Shown: positions 43,956 through 52,792 of the stretch, piece by piece
Layout of the letters: each line of letters starts with the position of its first letter
Position numbering within the stretch: the stretch's first letter is position 1
Assembly: GCA_934777505.1 (NCBI GenBank)
Contig: CAKVNM010000001.1
Location: forward strand, 92,977 to 156,976
From: an uncultured Clostridia bacterium
Lineage (GTDB): Bacteria; Bacillota; Clostridia; Christensenellales; UBA1242
Reading direction: 5' to 3'
DNA: 64,000 nucleotides
Notes under the pieces: model-generated
What the model was told of the DNA's origin: nothing
The model's database searches: none
Seen by the model: the letters and a program-made list of their open reading frames with translations, nothing else
Program-made: the position numbers and the translations under genes

Positions 43956-45641
43956 ATGTTAAACACTTTAAAGATAAAAAACATTGCATTAATCGAAAAT
44001 TTAACTATTGAGTTTGATAAAGGACTCAATGTTTTGACGGGCGAAACTGGTGCAGGTAAATCAATTATTATTGATTCGCTTAACTTTGTTTTGGGTGCTA
44101 GAACCGATAGAACGCTAATTCGCAGTGGCGAGAGCAACGCCCGAGTTGACGCAGTTTTCACAGTTGACAACAACACTGCGGTTGAAGAATTTTTTAAGGC
44201 TAACGATTTTGATTATGATGGTGAAATTTTGATTTCAAGAAGTATGAACACAGACGGAAAATCAAACATCTGGCTCAACGGCAACCCTATAACCGCTGGA
44301 ATGTTGAAAGAATTAACTTCCAACTTGGTTGATATCTATGGTCAACAAGAGCAAGTTAGTCTGCTTTCAAACAGCAAGCAACTGCAATTATTAGACAACT
44401 TTTGCGGTAAGGATTTAAAGAAACTTCAAGCAGAGTATTTGGAAAAATATAGCCAAATCAAAAAAATCAACAAGTCACTTCAAGAACTTGGTGGAGATAG
44501 CCAAATGGTGGAGCGAGAAAAAGACTATCTTTCTTTTGTTATTAACGAAATCGAAAGCCAAAATCTTAGCGAAGACGAAGAAAACGATTTAAAAGAGAAA
44601 GTCCATTTATTTTCCAATATTGAAAAAATTATGAGCGGAGCAAATATGACTGCAAACGCACTAAGCAGTGCCGAGCAGTATATAAATCAGGCAATTCCCA
44701 GCATTTCAACAATCACTGCGTTTGATAATAGTATGGAAAACTTATATGAACGATTAAAGTCGCAAAAAATTGAACTTGACGACATAACAGAAACAATCAA
44801 CGAATATCTCGAAAATTTGGATTTTAGCGAAACAGAGTTTGACAAGTTGGACGCAAGGCTCGATACTTACAAGAGTCTTCAAAAGAAATATGGCGGAACA
44901 ACCGAGAATGTACTACAATTCCTTAATGAATCCAAGACTAAACTTGATAGGTTAGTCAACAGCGAGCAGTATATTTTAAAGTTGCAGGACGAAAAAGTCA
45001 GCGCTCTAAAATCTGCACTTGATTTAGCAAAACAAATCAATAATATAAGACAAAAAACAGCGCAAGAATTGCAAGAAAAACTAAAACAAAATTTGGTATG
45101 TCTTGGTATGCCAAGTGCAACAATATATTTTGATTTTAACAACATGGACTACACTGAAGACAATCTAGCTTCAACTGGTGTTGGTGGTGTTCAAATAATG
45201 TTTAGCGCCAACTTGGGACAGCAGGCAAAATTGCTCAGCAAGGTTGCCAGTGGCGGAGAAATGTCTAGAGTTATGCTAGCTATCAAGTCGGTTTTGGCGG
45301 AAAGCGACAACATATCAACCATGATTTTTGATGAAATCGACAGCGGAATTAGCGGTCAAATTGCACAAGCAGTCAGTGAAAAAATTGCTCAAATTTCAAG
45401 ACATCATCAGGTGCTTGTAATAACCCACACAATTCAAATTGCTTCCATGGCAGACACTCACTTTAAAGTTAGAAAATTTGAACAAGACGGAAAAACCGTC
45501 AGCTATGTTGAGCAACTCGACGAAAATAGTAGAGTTGACGAAATTGCTAGATTTATCTCAGCGGACGCAAGTTCAACACTTGCAAAACAAAGTGCAGTAG
45601 AGATAATTAAAAAACAAGACTTGTTCAAGCAAAAACTTTAA
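43956..45641 (+). CDS. recN: DNA repair protein RecN
   Basis: MLNTLKIKNIALIE..., Walker A GETGAGKS and the SMC-like signature SGGEMSR. Confidence 0.95.
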   Translation: MLNTLKIKNIALIENLTIEFDKGLNVLTGETGAGKSIIIDSLNFVLGARTDRTLIRSGESNARVDAVFTVDNNTAVEEFFKANDFDYDGEILISRSMNTDGKSNIWLNGNPITAGMLKELTSNLVDIYGQQEQVSLLSNSKQLQLLDNFCGKDLKKLQAEYLEKYSQIKKINKSLQELGGDSQMVEREKDYLSFVINEIESQNLSEDEENDLKEKVHLFSNIEKIMSGANMTANALSSAEQYINQAIPSISTITAFDNSMENLYERLKSQKIELDDITETINEYLENLDFSETEFDKLDARLDTYKSLQKKYGGTTENVLQFLNESKTKLDRLVNSEQYILKLQDEKVSALKSALDLAKQINNIRQKTAQELQEKLKQNLVCLGMPSATIYFDFNNMDYTEDNLASTGVGGVQIMFSANLGQQAKLLSKVASGGEMSRVMLAIKSVLAESDNISTMIFDEIDSGISGQIAQAVSEKIAQISRHHQVLVITHTIQIASMADTHFKVRKFEQDGKTVSYVEQLDENSRVDEIARFISADASSTLAKQSAVEIIKKQDLFKQKL

Positions 45642-45687
45642 TTGTCAATTTTTACTAGCAAATTTATGAATATTAATTTTATAGAGT

Positions 45688-45721
45688 AAAAAACTACATT
45701 CAAAGGACGGTGTAGTTTTTT
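45688..45721 (+). terminator. Terminator-like hairpin ending 1 nt before the spoIVB ATG
   Basis: Stem AAACTACA/TGTAGTTT, then a T-run. Confidence 0.6.
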
Positions 45722-46954
45722 ATGCGAAAAAGAGCGGGAAAAATTATAATCTTTGTGTTAATTGTTGGCGGACTTTTCGCTCTTTTTGGCGTTAGCCTAA
45801 CACCAATCAAGCAAGTTCTTGCTTTGCCAGATAATATCAATCTTGAATACGAGAGTTTGGAAAATTTAGAAAAAGATAAACCTTTTGGCAAACTAATCAA
45901 TCTTTCGTTTTCAAAAGCAATTCAAACAGACAGTCAAAGTGATAGCAGTCTATCAGTAAACTTTAAGTTGTTTAACTTGTTTTCAATAAGAACAATAACC
46001 GTTAACACTGAGTGTACAAAAATATATGCAGGTGGCAATATTGTTGGATTTTCACTCAATAGCAGTGGAATTATCGTGGTTGGAAACAGTGCTGTTACCA
46101 CCGAAAATGGTCCAGTCGACACACTTCAAAATTCCGATATTAAAAATGGCGATATAATACTAGAAATAGAAAACGACAAAGTTAACCGAATTTCCGACCT
46201 TTCGAGCATCATCAACAAAGACGAAAATCAAGGCAAGGAACTCACAATTTTAATCAAGCGAAAAGGCGAAACTTTGGAAAGAAAAATCACGCCTGCAAAA
46301 GATAGTCAATCTGGAAAATACAAACTAGGGCTTTGGGTAAAAGACGATGCGTCAGGCGTTGGCACTTTAACTTATGTTAGGGAAGACAATGCAAGGTTCG
46401 GCGCACTTGGTCATGCAATAAGCGACCCAGACACCAAGCAAGCGTTTGAGTTAAACAGCGGAGATATGTACAAAAGCACAGTTATTGGAATAAACAAGGG
46501 GCAAAAAGGCAAGCCGGGGGAACTGAAAGCCTTGTTTATTCAAGGAAGCAATAACATAGGAACGGTCGACAAAAACACAAGATTTGGAGTGTTTGGTTCA
46601 TACAAGCAATCGTATTTGGAGAAGTTAAGCAAAGACGACTTGATTAGCATTGGCGGAAGATTTACAGCCAAACCTGGAAAAGCCAAGATAAGAACAAGCC
46701 TTGACGGTGAAGTAACAAAAGAGTATGACATTGAAATTATTAAAACCAACTATCAAAACGCCAGCAGTGACAAAAGCATGGTTTTTAGAGTAACCGACAA
46801 AGAGTTGCTACGAAAAACAGGTGGAATTGTTCAAGGAATGAGCGGAAGTCCAATCATTCAAAACGGCAAAATGGTTGGAGCAGTAACCCATGTTTTCGTT
46901 AGTGACCCAACAAAAGGCTTTGGAATTTATCTTGATTGGATGATAAATGAATAG
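45722..46954 (+). CDS. spoIVB: SpoIVB signalling serine peptidase (S55)
   Basis: N-terminal TM helix, PDZ domain, and the GIVQGMSGSPII catalytic serine motif. Confidence 0.9.
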   Translation: MRKRAGKIIIFVLIVGGLFALFGVSLTPIKQVLALPDNINLEYESLENLEKDKPFGKLINLSFSKAIQTDSQSDSSLSVNFKLFNLFSIRTITVNTECTKIYAGGNIVGFSLNSSGIIVVGNSAVTTENGPVDTLQNSDIKNGDIILEIENDKVNRISDLSSIINKDENQGKELTILIKRKGETLERKITPAKDSQSGKYKLGLWVKDDASGVGTLTYVREDNARFGALGHAISDPDTKQAFELNSGDMYKSTVIGINKGQKGKPGELKALFIQGSNNIGTVDKNTRFGVFGSYKQSYLEKLSKDDLISIGGRFTAKPGKAKIRTSLDGEVTKEYDIEIIKTNYQNASSDKSMVFRVTDKELLRKTGGIVQGMSGSPIIQNGKMVGAVTHVFVSDPTKGFGIYLDWMINE

Positions 46955-46962
46955 TAAAAAAT

Positions 46963-47006
46963 CGACAAAATATCTAATGATTTTACAGGTATTTTGTCGT
47001 TTTTTG
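46963..47006 (+). terminator. Rho-independent terminator after spoIVB
   Basis: Stem CGACAAAATA/TATTTTGTCG, then T6. Confidence 0.8.
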
Positions 47007-47057
47007 TCATAATCATATTTTGCAAAATTATTTTTGTAAAAAATATTGTAAAAATGA

Positions 47058-47086
47058 TTGTTTTTTCCAAAATCAAGTGATATACT
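47058..47086 (+). promoter_or_regulatory. Candidate sigma-A-type promoter of spo0A
   Basis: TTGTTT, 17 nt, TGaTATACT. Confidence 0.45.
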
Positions 47087-47112
47087 ATCAATACATTGCG
47101 GAGGAATCACTA

Positions 47113-47886
47113 ATGATAAAAAGGGAATTAACTGCGTTTTTATATTCAAATAAAAACATTGATTTGATGTGTAGACTTAACAAAAGTTGCCATAAATTAA
47201 GCATGAATATGGTCACTTGCATCAACTTTGTTGAACTAACCATCAAAGTGCACAAACTAAAACCACAGGTTATTTTTGTGGACCTAGAAACTATAGACTT
47301 CAACAGTCATAGACTACAACTTGCACTTGAAAGTAAGGAGTTTAAAAATATTAAAATTATCGTTATCGGCACGGAAGCACAACGAGCATACATTGAAGCA
47401 TTAGGTTATAGCCAAGTTGGGTTTACAACCATAGCACAAGTCGAAAACTATGTTTTAAGTTGCAAGGAAGTTATCGACATTAATATACTCAACACTTTAA
47501 ACAATCAAGCACAGCAAGACGATATGAAGAATACCGTTTCTAACTTACTGTTTGAACTTGGATTTTCGCCAAAGCATTCTGGATTTAGTTATCTTAAAGA
47601 TATCATTAACAACATTTTGCAAAATGGGGGAGTTGTGTCGTCACTTGTCAACGAGCAATACCCATATATTGCAGTCAAATTCAAAACTTCGCCAAGCAAT
47701 ATCGAAAGAAATATTAGAAACGCAATCAGCCTAGCATACAAAACCTACAACCATAAAAATTGGGGCGAGATTTTTCCAAGCAATAGCATTTACAAGGACA
47801 TGAAAAGACCTTCTAACAGAGAATTTATTTGTATGTGCGTAGAAGCCCTTTTGAAAACAAAGCAGTCATTTTCCGCTAACGGTTAA
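47113..47886 (+). CDS. spo0A: Spo0A-like sporulation regulator with an atypical receiver domain
   Basis: The C-terminal domain aligns with Spo0A_C (PKHSGFSYLKDII...SNIERNIRNAISLAY...PSNREFICMC). GGAGGA SD before the ATG at 47113. Synteny is argR-recN-spoIVB-spo0A. Confidence 0.8.
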   Translation: MIKRELTAFLYSNKNIDLMCRLNKSCHKLSMNMVTCINFVELTIKVHKLKPQVIFVDLETIDFNSHRLQLALESKEFKNIKIIVIGTEAQRAYIEALGYSQVGFTTIAQVENYVLSCKEVIDINILNTLNNQAQQDDMKNTVSNLLFELGFSPKHSGFSYLKDIINNILQNGGVVSSLVNEQYPYIAVKFKTSPSNIERNIRNAISLAYKTYNHKNWGEIFPSNSIYKDMKRPSNREFICMCVEALLKTKQSFSANG

Positions 47887-47933
47887 CTTAAAAAAATTGT
47901 CAAATTTTTGCTATTTGTCAAATATAATATTTT

Positions 47934-48548
47934 ATGATAAATAGTAAAGTATATCGAAAATATTATCAAAACAAAAGTTACATAAGCGAAGTTTTTTCGC
48001 TTCACAAAAAAAGATTAGTCATTATGATTTTAATGGCTATTTTTTGTGCAGTTTTGGCAATTTCTAGCATTATTCAAAAAAGAGAACAACTGGATTTTTG
48101 TAATCTTTTAGACAAAAATTTGTTTTGCTTTCTTAGTGGAGAAATTTCTGGTTATTCGTTATTTTTTAAACATTTAATTGGTTATATATTTATAACCTTA
48201 ATAATATTTACAACTTGTTATTTTAAGCCATGCTTGATTGCCAGTTACATTCTTATTTTATACTCATTTTTCAAACTAATTTTCAATTTTTCACTCTTAA
48301 TCTGTCTTTGCGGAATAAAGGGACTACTGTGCTATTTGGCTTCGTTCATTTTAAATCTTGCAATATTGATAATCCTTTTTTTTCTCGTCCTTGTTTCGAT
48401 TGAACAGTCGCAAAGTTGCAAAAAACACGGAACAAACGGTGGAACGCTCAAATATTTTCTACTTGCATTGCTCGTGATTTTAATACTTCTTGCATTAGAC
48501 ACGATTGTAATAAAAATAATTTCTCCAATATTGATAATAATTATTTAG
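47934..48548 (+). CDS. Polytopic membrane protein, possibly SpoIIM-like
   Basis: 204 aa with about 5 TM helices and a C-terminal ISPIL motif reminiscent of SpoIIM. The neighbourhood (deoB-punA-dacF) matches the B. subtilis spoIIM region. The start codon is uncertain. Confidence 0.35.
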   Translation: MINSKVYRKYYQNKSYISEVFSLHKKRLVIMILMAIFCAVLAISSIIQKREQLDFCNLLDKNLFCFLSGEISGYSLFFKHLIGYIFITLIIFTTCYFKPCLIASYILILYSFFKLIFNFSLLICLCGIKGLLCYLASFILNLAILIILFFLVLVSIEQSQSCKKHGTNGGTLKYFLLALLVILILLALDTIVIKIISPILIIII

Positions 48549-48579
48549 AATTTTAAAAAATTTGGTATATACTAATAGC
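48545..48579 (+). promoter_or_regulatory. Promoter giving a leaderless deoB mRNA
   Basis: TTAGAA, 17 nt, TATACT (48568-48573), 6 nt, then ATG at 48580. No SD. Confidence 0.45.
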
Positions 48580-49755
48580 ATGAAAAGAAGAATTTTTTTA
48601 GTAGTATTAGACGGCTTTGGTGTTGGAGAAGCACCAGACGCCTACAAGTATGGCGATGAAGGAAGCAATACTTTTCTAAACTTGTACAAGGTTAGGGAAA
48701 TGCAAATTCCAACCCTAACAAAACTTGGACTTAAAAACATAGACGGCATTAATCTTCAAACCAGCACCGACAATTTGATTGGAAGTTTCGGCAAACTTGA
48801 AGAACTTTCGGCTGGAAAAGACACCACAACTGGACACTTTGAAATGATGGACATAATTTCAAAAGACCCAATGCCAACATATCCAAACGGCTTTTCGAGC
48901 GAAGTGGTCGAAAAACTGGTCAAAGCATGGGGTGTTAGCGGAGTGCTAGCAAATTGTGCAGGTAGTGGAACAGAACTTGTCAAAAAATATGGAGATGAGC
49001 ATCTAAAAACCCATAAGCCAATTTTGTATACTTCCGCAGACAGTGTTTTGCAAGTTGCCACTCACACAAGCATTTTTCCACTAGAAAAACTGTATGAAAT
49101 GTGCGAGCAAGCAAGACAAATCATGCAAGGCAAAGATGTTGTGGATAGAATTATTGCAAGACCATTTTTCACAAACGAAAAAGGCGAGTACGAAAGACTT
49201 AATACCGGTAGGCGTGACTATTCTTTGATGCCACCAACTCCAAACACCATGGAAAGAATGATAAAACATAATCTTGATGTTATCGCAGTTGGTAAAATCG
49301 AAGACATATTCAATCATCAAAACATCACAAAATCGTATGTTAACCACACAAATTCAGAGTCGTTAGAAGTGTTAAAACAACTTTCAAAAGAAGAATTTAA
49401 CGGACTATGCTTTGTTAATCTTGTTGACACCGATATGTTATATGGTCATCGCAATGATATTGAAGGATATGCAAGGGCTATCGAAAAAGTGGACGAAGCC
49501 TTACCAGTTGTTATCGACAATATGAACAATCAGGATTATTTGATAATCACAGGTGACCATGGCTGTGACCCAACCACAATTTCCAGCGACCATTCAAGAG
49601 AATACACGCCACTTTTAGTTTTTTCAAAAGAGCAAAACAATGTGCATAATTTTGGGACTTTAAAAGGCTTTAACAATATTGGAAAATTTATCGAAAAACT
49701 ATTTGGAATAACCGAAAATTCGGCGGTTTATGATATTTTAAACAAAGGAGAATAG
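48580..49755 (+). CDS. deoB: Phosphopentomutase
   Basis: MKRRIFLVVLDGFGVGE and GDHGCDPT motifs. Confidence 0.93.
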   Translation: MKRRIFLVVLDGFGVGEAPDAYKYGDEGSNTFLNLYKVREMQIPTLTKLGLKNIDGINLQTSTDNLIGSFGKLEELSAGKDTTTGHFEMMDIISKDPMPTYPNGFSSEVVEKLVKAWGVSGVLANCAGSGTELVKKYGDEHLKTHKPILYTSADSVLQVATHTSIFPLEKLYEMCEQARQIMQGKDVVDRIIARPFFTNEKGEYERLNTGRRDYSLMPPTPNTMERMIKHNLDVIAVGKIEDIFNHQNITKSYVNHTNSESLEVLKQLSKEEFNGLCFVNLVDTDMLYGHRNDIEGYARAIEKVDEALPVVIDNMNNQDYLIITGDHGCDPTTISSDHSREYTPLLVFSKEQNNVHNFGTLKGFNNIGKFIEKLFGITENSAVYDILNKGE

Positions 49756-49757
49756 CC

Positions 49758-50582
49758 ATGAAAGTTGATAGCGTTTTAGTTCAAAGTTTAGCCAGTCAAA
49801 TCAGCCAAAAAATTAACGAAAAGCCAACGGTTGCAATCATTTTAGGCTCAGGACTAGCCAACATTGCAGACAATTTGGAAAACAAAGTTATCATAAAATA
49901 TGAAGAACTTTCTGGAATGCCAATTCCACATGTGAAAGGTCATAAAAATCAGTTTGTTATTGGAAAAATGCAAGGAAAGCAAGTGATTGCAATGCAAGGT
50001 AGATTTCACCCTTATGACGGATTTTCAGCAAAAGAGTGCGCTTTGCCAATTTATATTTTTAAGTTATTAGGCGTTCAAACTTGCATTATTACAAACTCAG
50101 CGGGCGGAGTTAACCTAAACTACAACGCAGGCGATGTTATGGTGATCAAAAATCACATCAATTTAACAGGACTTAACCCATTAATAGGTGGAGCGATTAT
50201 TGATTATGGCGTAGAATTTGTCGACTTAAAAGATGTTTACTACAAGCCATACCGAGAAATTGCAAAACAGATTTCTAACAAGTATAATTTAAACCTAAAA
50301 GAAGGCACTTTCTTGCAAGACCTTGGTCCAAGTTATGAAACTTCGGCAGAAGTAGTGTTTTTTAGGACGATTGGGGCGGACGCAGTGTCCATGAGTACTG
50401 TTCTTGAAGTTATTGCAGCAGGACAATGTGGCTTAAAGGTGTTAGGACTCAGTTGTATTGCAAACAAAGCAATCAGTGATGATAACGAAGAAGTTTTAAC
50501 GCACGAAGAAGTGCTTGAAAATGCAAAGATTGCATCAAACAAACTTAAAATCGTTATTGAACACTTTTTAAAAGAAATATAG
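49758..50582 (+). CDS. punA: Purine nucleoside phosphorylase (trimeric PunA type)
   Basis: GRFHPYDG and ITNSAGGVN motifs. Confidence 0.9.
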   Translation: MKVDSVLVQSLASQISQKINEKPTVAIILGSGLANIADNLENKVIIKYEELSGMPIPHVKGHKNQFVIGKMQGKQVIAMQGRFHPYDGFSAKECALPIYIFKLLGVQTCIITNSAGGVNLNYNAGDVMVIKNHINLTGLNPLIGGAIIDYGVEFVDLKDVYYKPYREIAKQISNKYNLNLKEGTFLQDLGPSYETSAEVVFFRTIGADAVSMSTVLEVIAAGQCGLKVLGLSCIANKAISDDNEEVLTHEEVLENAKIASNKLKIVIEHFLKEI

Positions 50583-50616
50583 AAAAAAGGGAATATGAAA
50601 TCTTATTCCTTTTTTT
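50583..50616 (+). terminator. Rho-independent terminator after punA
   Basis: Stem GGAATA/TATTCC, then T7 and ATTGC. Confidence 0.8.
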
Positions 50617-50632
50617 ATTGCAAAACCCAATA

Positions 50633-50692
50633 GCATAGTACTATGCAATAGCGAAAATATAGTTTGCATAATACTATGCATAGTAATATGCG
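50633..50692. repeat. Cluster of TACTATGCA/TGCATAGTA palindromic units (site B)
   Basis: GCATAGTACTATGC (50633-50646), TGCATAATACTATGCA (50665-50680) and an overlapping TGCATAGTAATATGCG (50677-50692). Confidence 0.9.
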
Positions 50693-50775
50693 AGTAAAAC
50701 ATCGTTAAAATTTGGTATTTTTTACATAAGTTTTCCTTTTTGACAAATAATAATTTTGAAAACGGAGGAGAATTT

Positions 50776-51954
50776 ATGAAAAAAGTTAGCATTTGTTTGA
50801 TGACACTTGTTTTAATGGTCACATCGCTATTAACACTATATAAACCGCAGGAAAATGTGGTGTTTGCGGACGAAAATCAACTAAATTTGCCAGTCAAAGC
50901 CTACTATTTAATGGATTATAACACCGAAAAACCACTCATTTCGTGCAACGAAACCGAAAGATTAGAAGTGGCTAGCATGGTTAAACTTATGACTGCATTA
51001 CTCACCATGGAGAAGATTGAAAAAGGCGAATGGACGCTGGACACCAAACTTTTAACCAGTGATTATGCTGCTAGTATGGAAGGTTCGCAAGCATTTTTGG
51101 ACGCTGGAAGCGAATACACTATTGACGAATTATTAAAAAGTGTAATCGTGGCATCAGCAAACGACTCTTGTGTTGTTTTAGCCGAAAATATGGCAGGTAG
51201 CGAGCAAAATTTCGTTAATATGATGAACGAAAAAGCCGAAAAATTAGGCATGACAAACACTTTGTATGCAAATTCCACTGGACTTCCTGCAACGATGCAA
51301 TATTCGTGCGCAAAAGATATCGCACATATCTTGGCGGAAGTTCACAAACATGACATTTATCACAAATATTCAACAATTTGGATGGATAAATTGATTCACC
51401 CAAGCGGTAGAGAAACCGAACTTGTAAACACCAACAGATTGATTAGATACTACCCTGGTTGTGACAGTGGAAAAACAGGCTTTACAGACGAAGCAGGCTA
51501 TTGTTTGAGTGCAAGTGCAAGCAAAAACAATATGAGATTGATTTCGGTTGTTATCGGCGCAAAAAGTAGCAGTGCAAGGTTTGAAAATTCAACAACATTA
51601 CTAAATTATGGCTTTAATAACTACGAAAACAAAAAGATTGTTTCTATGGACGAAAACTTTGCTGAAACCTTTAAGGTTAAAGGCGTGAAGGACAATATCG
51701 AAGTCAAAAGCGAAAAAGATATGTTCGTGCTTTCAAAAAGGGGCGAGCAAACGCAAGATGTTCAAACAAAAGTCGTGCTTGATGACGGCATAAAAGCACC
51801 AATCAAAGCAGGTGATAAAGTTGGAACAGTATACTTGATTGAAAACGGAATTGTAACGCAAGAATGTAATTTGATTAGTGCTAACGACTACAAAAAACTT
51901 GGCTACAAAGACGCTATTCACGAAGCATTGGAACACTTTTCCATTGCAGGTTAA
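50776..51954 (+). CDS. D-alanyl-D-alanine carboxypeptidase (S11), DacF-like by position
   Basis: Signal peptide plus SMVK, SAND and KTGFT motifs. GGAGGAG SD. Confidence 0.85.
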   Translation: MKKVSICLMTLVLMVTSLLTLYKPQENVVFADENQLNLPVKAYYLMDYNTEKPLISCNETERLEVASMVKLMTALLTMEKIEKGEWTLDTKLLTSDYAASMEGSQAFLDAGSEYTIDELLKSVIVASANDSCVVLAENMAGSEQNFVNMMNEKAEKLGMTNTLYANSTGLPATMQYSCAKDIAHILAEVHKHDIYHKYSTIWMDKLIHPSGRETELVNTNRLIRYYPGCDSGKTGFTDEAGYCLSASASKNNMRLISVVIGAKSSSARFENSTTLLNYGFNNYENKKIVSMDENFAETFKVKGVKDNIEVKSEKDMFVLSKRGEQTQDVQTKVVLDDGIKAPIKAGDKVGTVYLIENGIVTQECNLISANDYKKLGYKDAIHEALEHFSIAG

Positions 51955-51970
51955 AAATAACAAAATTCAC

Positions 51971-52006
51971 AAAAAATTGGCAATATAAGATGTTGTCAAT
52001 TTTTTA
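51971..52006 (+). terminator. Rho-independent terminator
   Basis: Stem AATTGGCAA/TTGTCAATT, then T6. Confidence 0.75.
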
Positions 52007-52013
52007 TTTTTAC

Positions 52014-52042
52014 TTGCAAAAGCCGTGCAATTATTATATACT
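52014..52042 (+). promoter_or_regulatory. Sigma-A-type promoter of the M50-scpAB operon
   Basis: TTGCAA, 17 nt, TATACT. Confidence 0.5.
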
Positions 52043-52099
52043 ATAATAAGTATTTTGGATTTTTAATGCAAAATAGTTTTATTGCTAGGAGAATTTGAC

Positions 52100-52792
52100 T
52101 TGTTAGACCTAATTTTAAATTATAGAGATATGGACAACTTGTGGATGTATATCGTGGGGTTTATTGTCGCAATCGTTGTGGGAATGTGCTGTCACGAATA
52201 CGCTCACGCAAGAGTGGCATACAACTGCGGGGACGACACTGCAAAACTCAGCGGAAGAATGACGCTTAATCCAATGGCTCATCTTGACCCACTAGGTTTT
52301 CTAGCGTTGGTCGTTGTGGGATTTGGCTGGGCAAAACCCGTTCCAATCAATCCCGTAAGATTTAAAGAGTACCGAAAGGGAATGTTTTTAACCAGCATTG
52401 CAGGAATACTCACAAACTTTACAATCTGCTTTTTTGCTAGCGGAATAAGTATGCTATTTACTTACTTAGGAGTGGCGTGCAGTGCTTCCAGCAGTTCTGT
52501 TGTTGGGTTACTAATGTTTTTGCAAATCTTGTTTTTGTATATTGCTATCGTCAACTTTTCGCTTGCAGTTTTCAACCTTATTCCAATTTATCCGCTTGAC
52601 GGCTTTAACATTATGCTTTCCTTAACAAAAGGCACAAACAAATTTGTCGAGTTTTTAAGAAAATACGGCACAATAATCTTGCTTGTTTTAATGCTTTCAA
52701 CTGGTCTTGAATTTTTGATGAATTTTTTGGTTGACAATGTTTTTGGACAAATCACTTCTTTTTGGTTTAGAATAATTTTTGGAGTTTATTAA
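52100..52792 (+). CDS. Site-2 protease family (M50) membrane metalloprotease without PDZ
   Basis: HEYAHA and NLIPIYPLDG motifs. TTG at 52100 lies 8 nt after an AGGAG SD. The start is uncertain (alternatives 52082 and 52130). Confidence 0.8.
   Translation: MLDLILNYRDMDNLWMYIVGFIVAIVVGMCCHEYAHARVAYNCGDDTAKLSGRMTLNPMAHLDPLGFLALVVVGFGWAKPVPINPVRFKEYRKGMFLTSIAGILTNFTICFFASGISMLFTYLGVACSASSSSVVGLLMFLQILFLYIAIVNFSLAVFNLIPIYPLDGFNIMLSLTKGTNKFVEFLRKYGTIILLVLMLSTGLEFLMNFLVDNVFGQITSFWFRIIFGVY

Noticed and set aside
47897-47923. Two TTGTCAAAT direct repeats 18 bp apart just downstream of spo0A (Spo0A-box-like TGTCAAA versus TGTCGAA), and TGTCGTT/TGTCATA upstream of spo0A (46996-47010)
   Set aside because: Each is only a 5-6 of 7 match, there are only two copies per site, and the context is AT-rich. 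One copy overlaps a likely -10 region. This is not distinguishable from chance.
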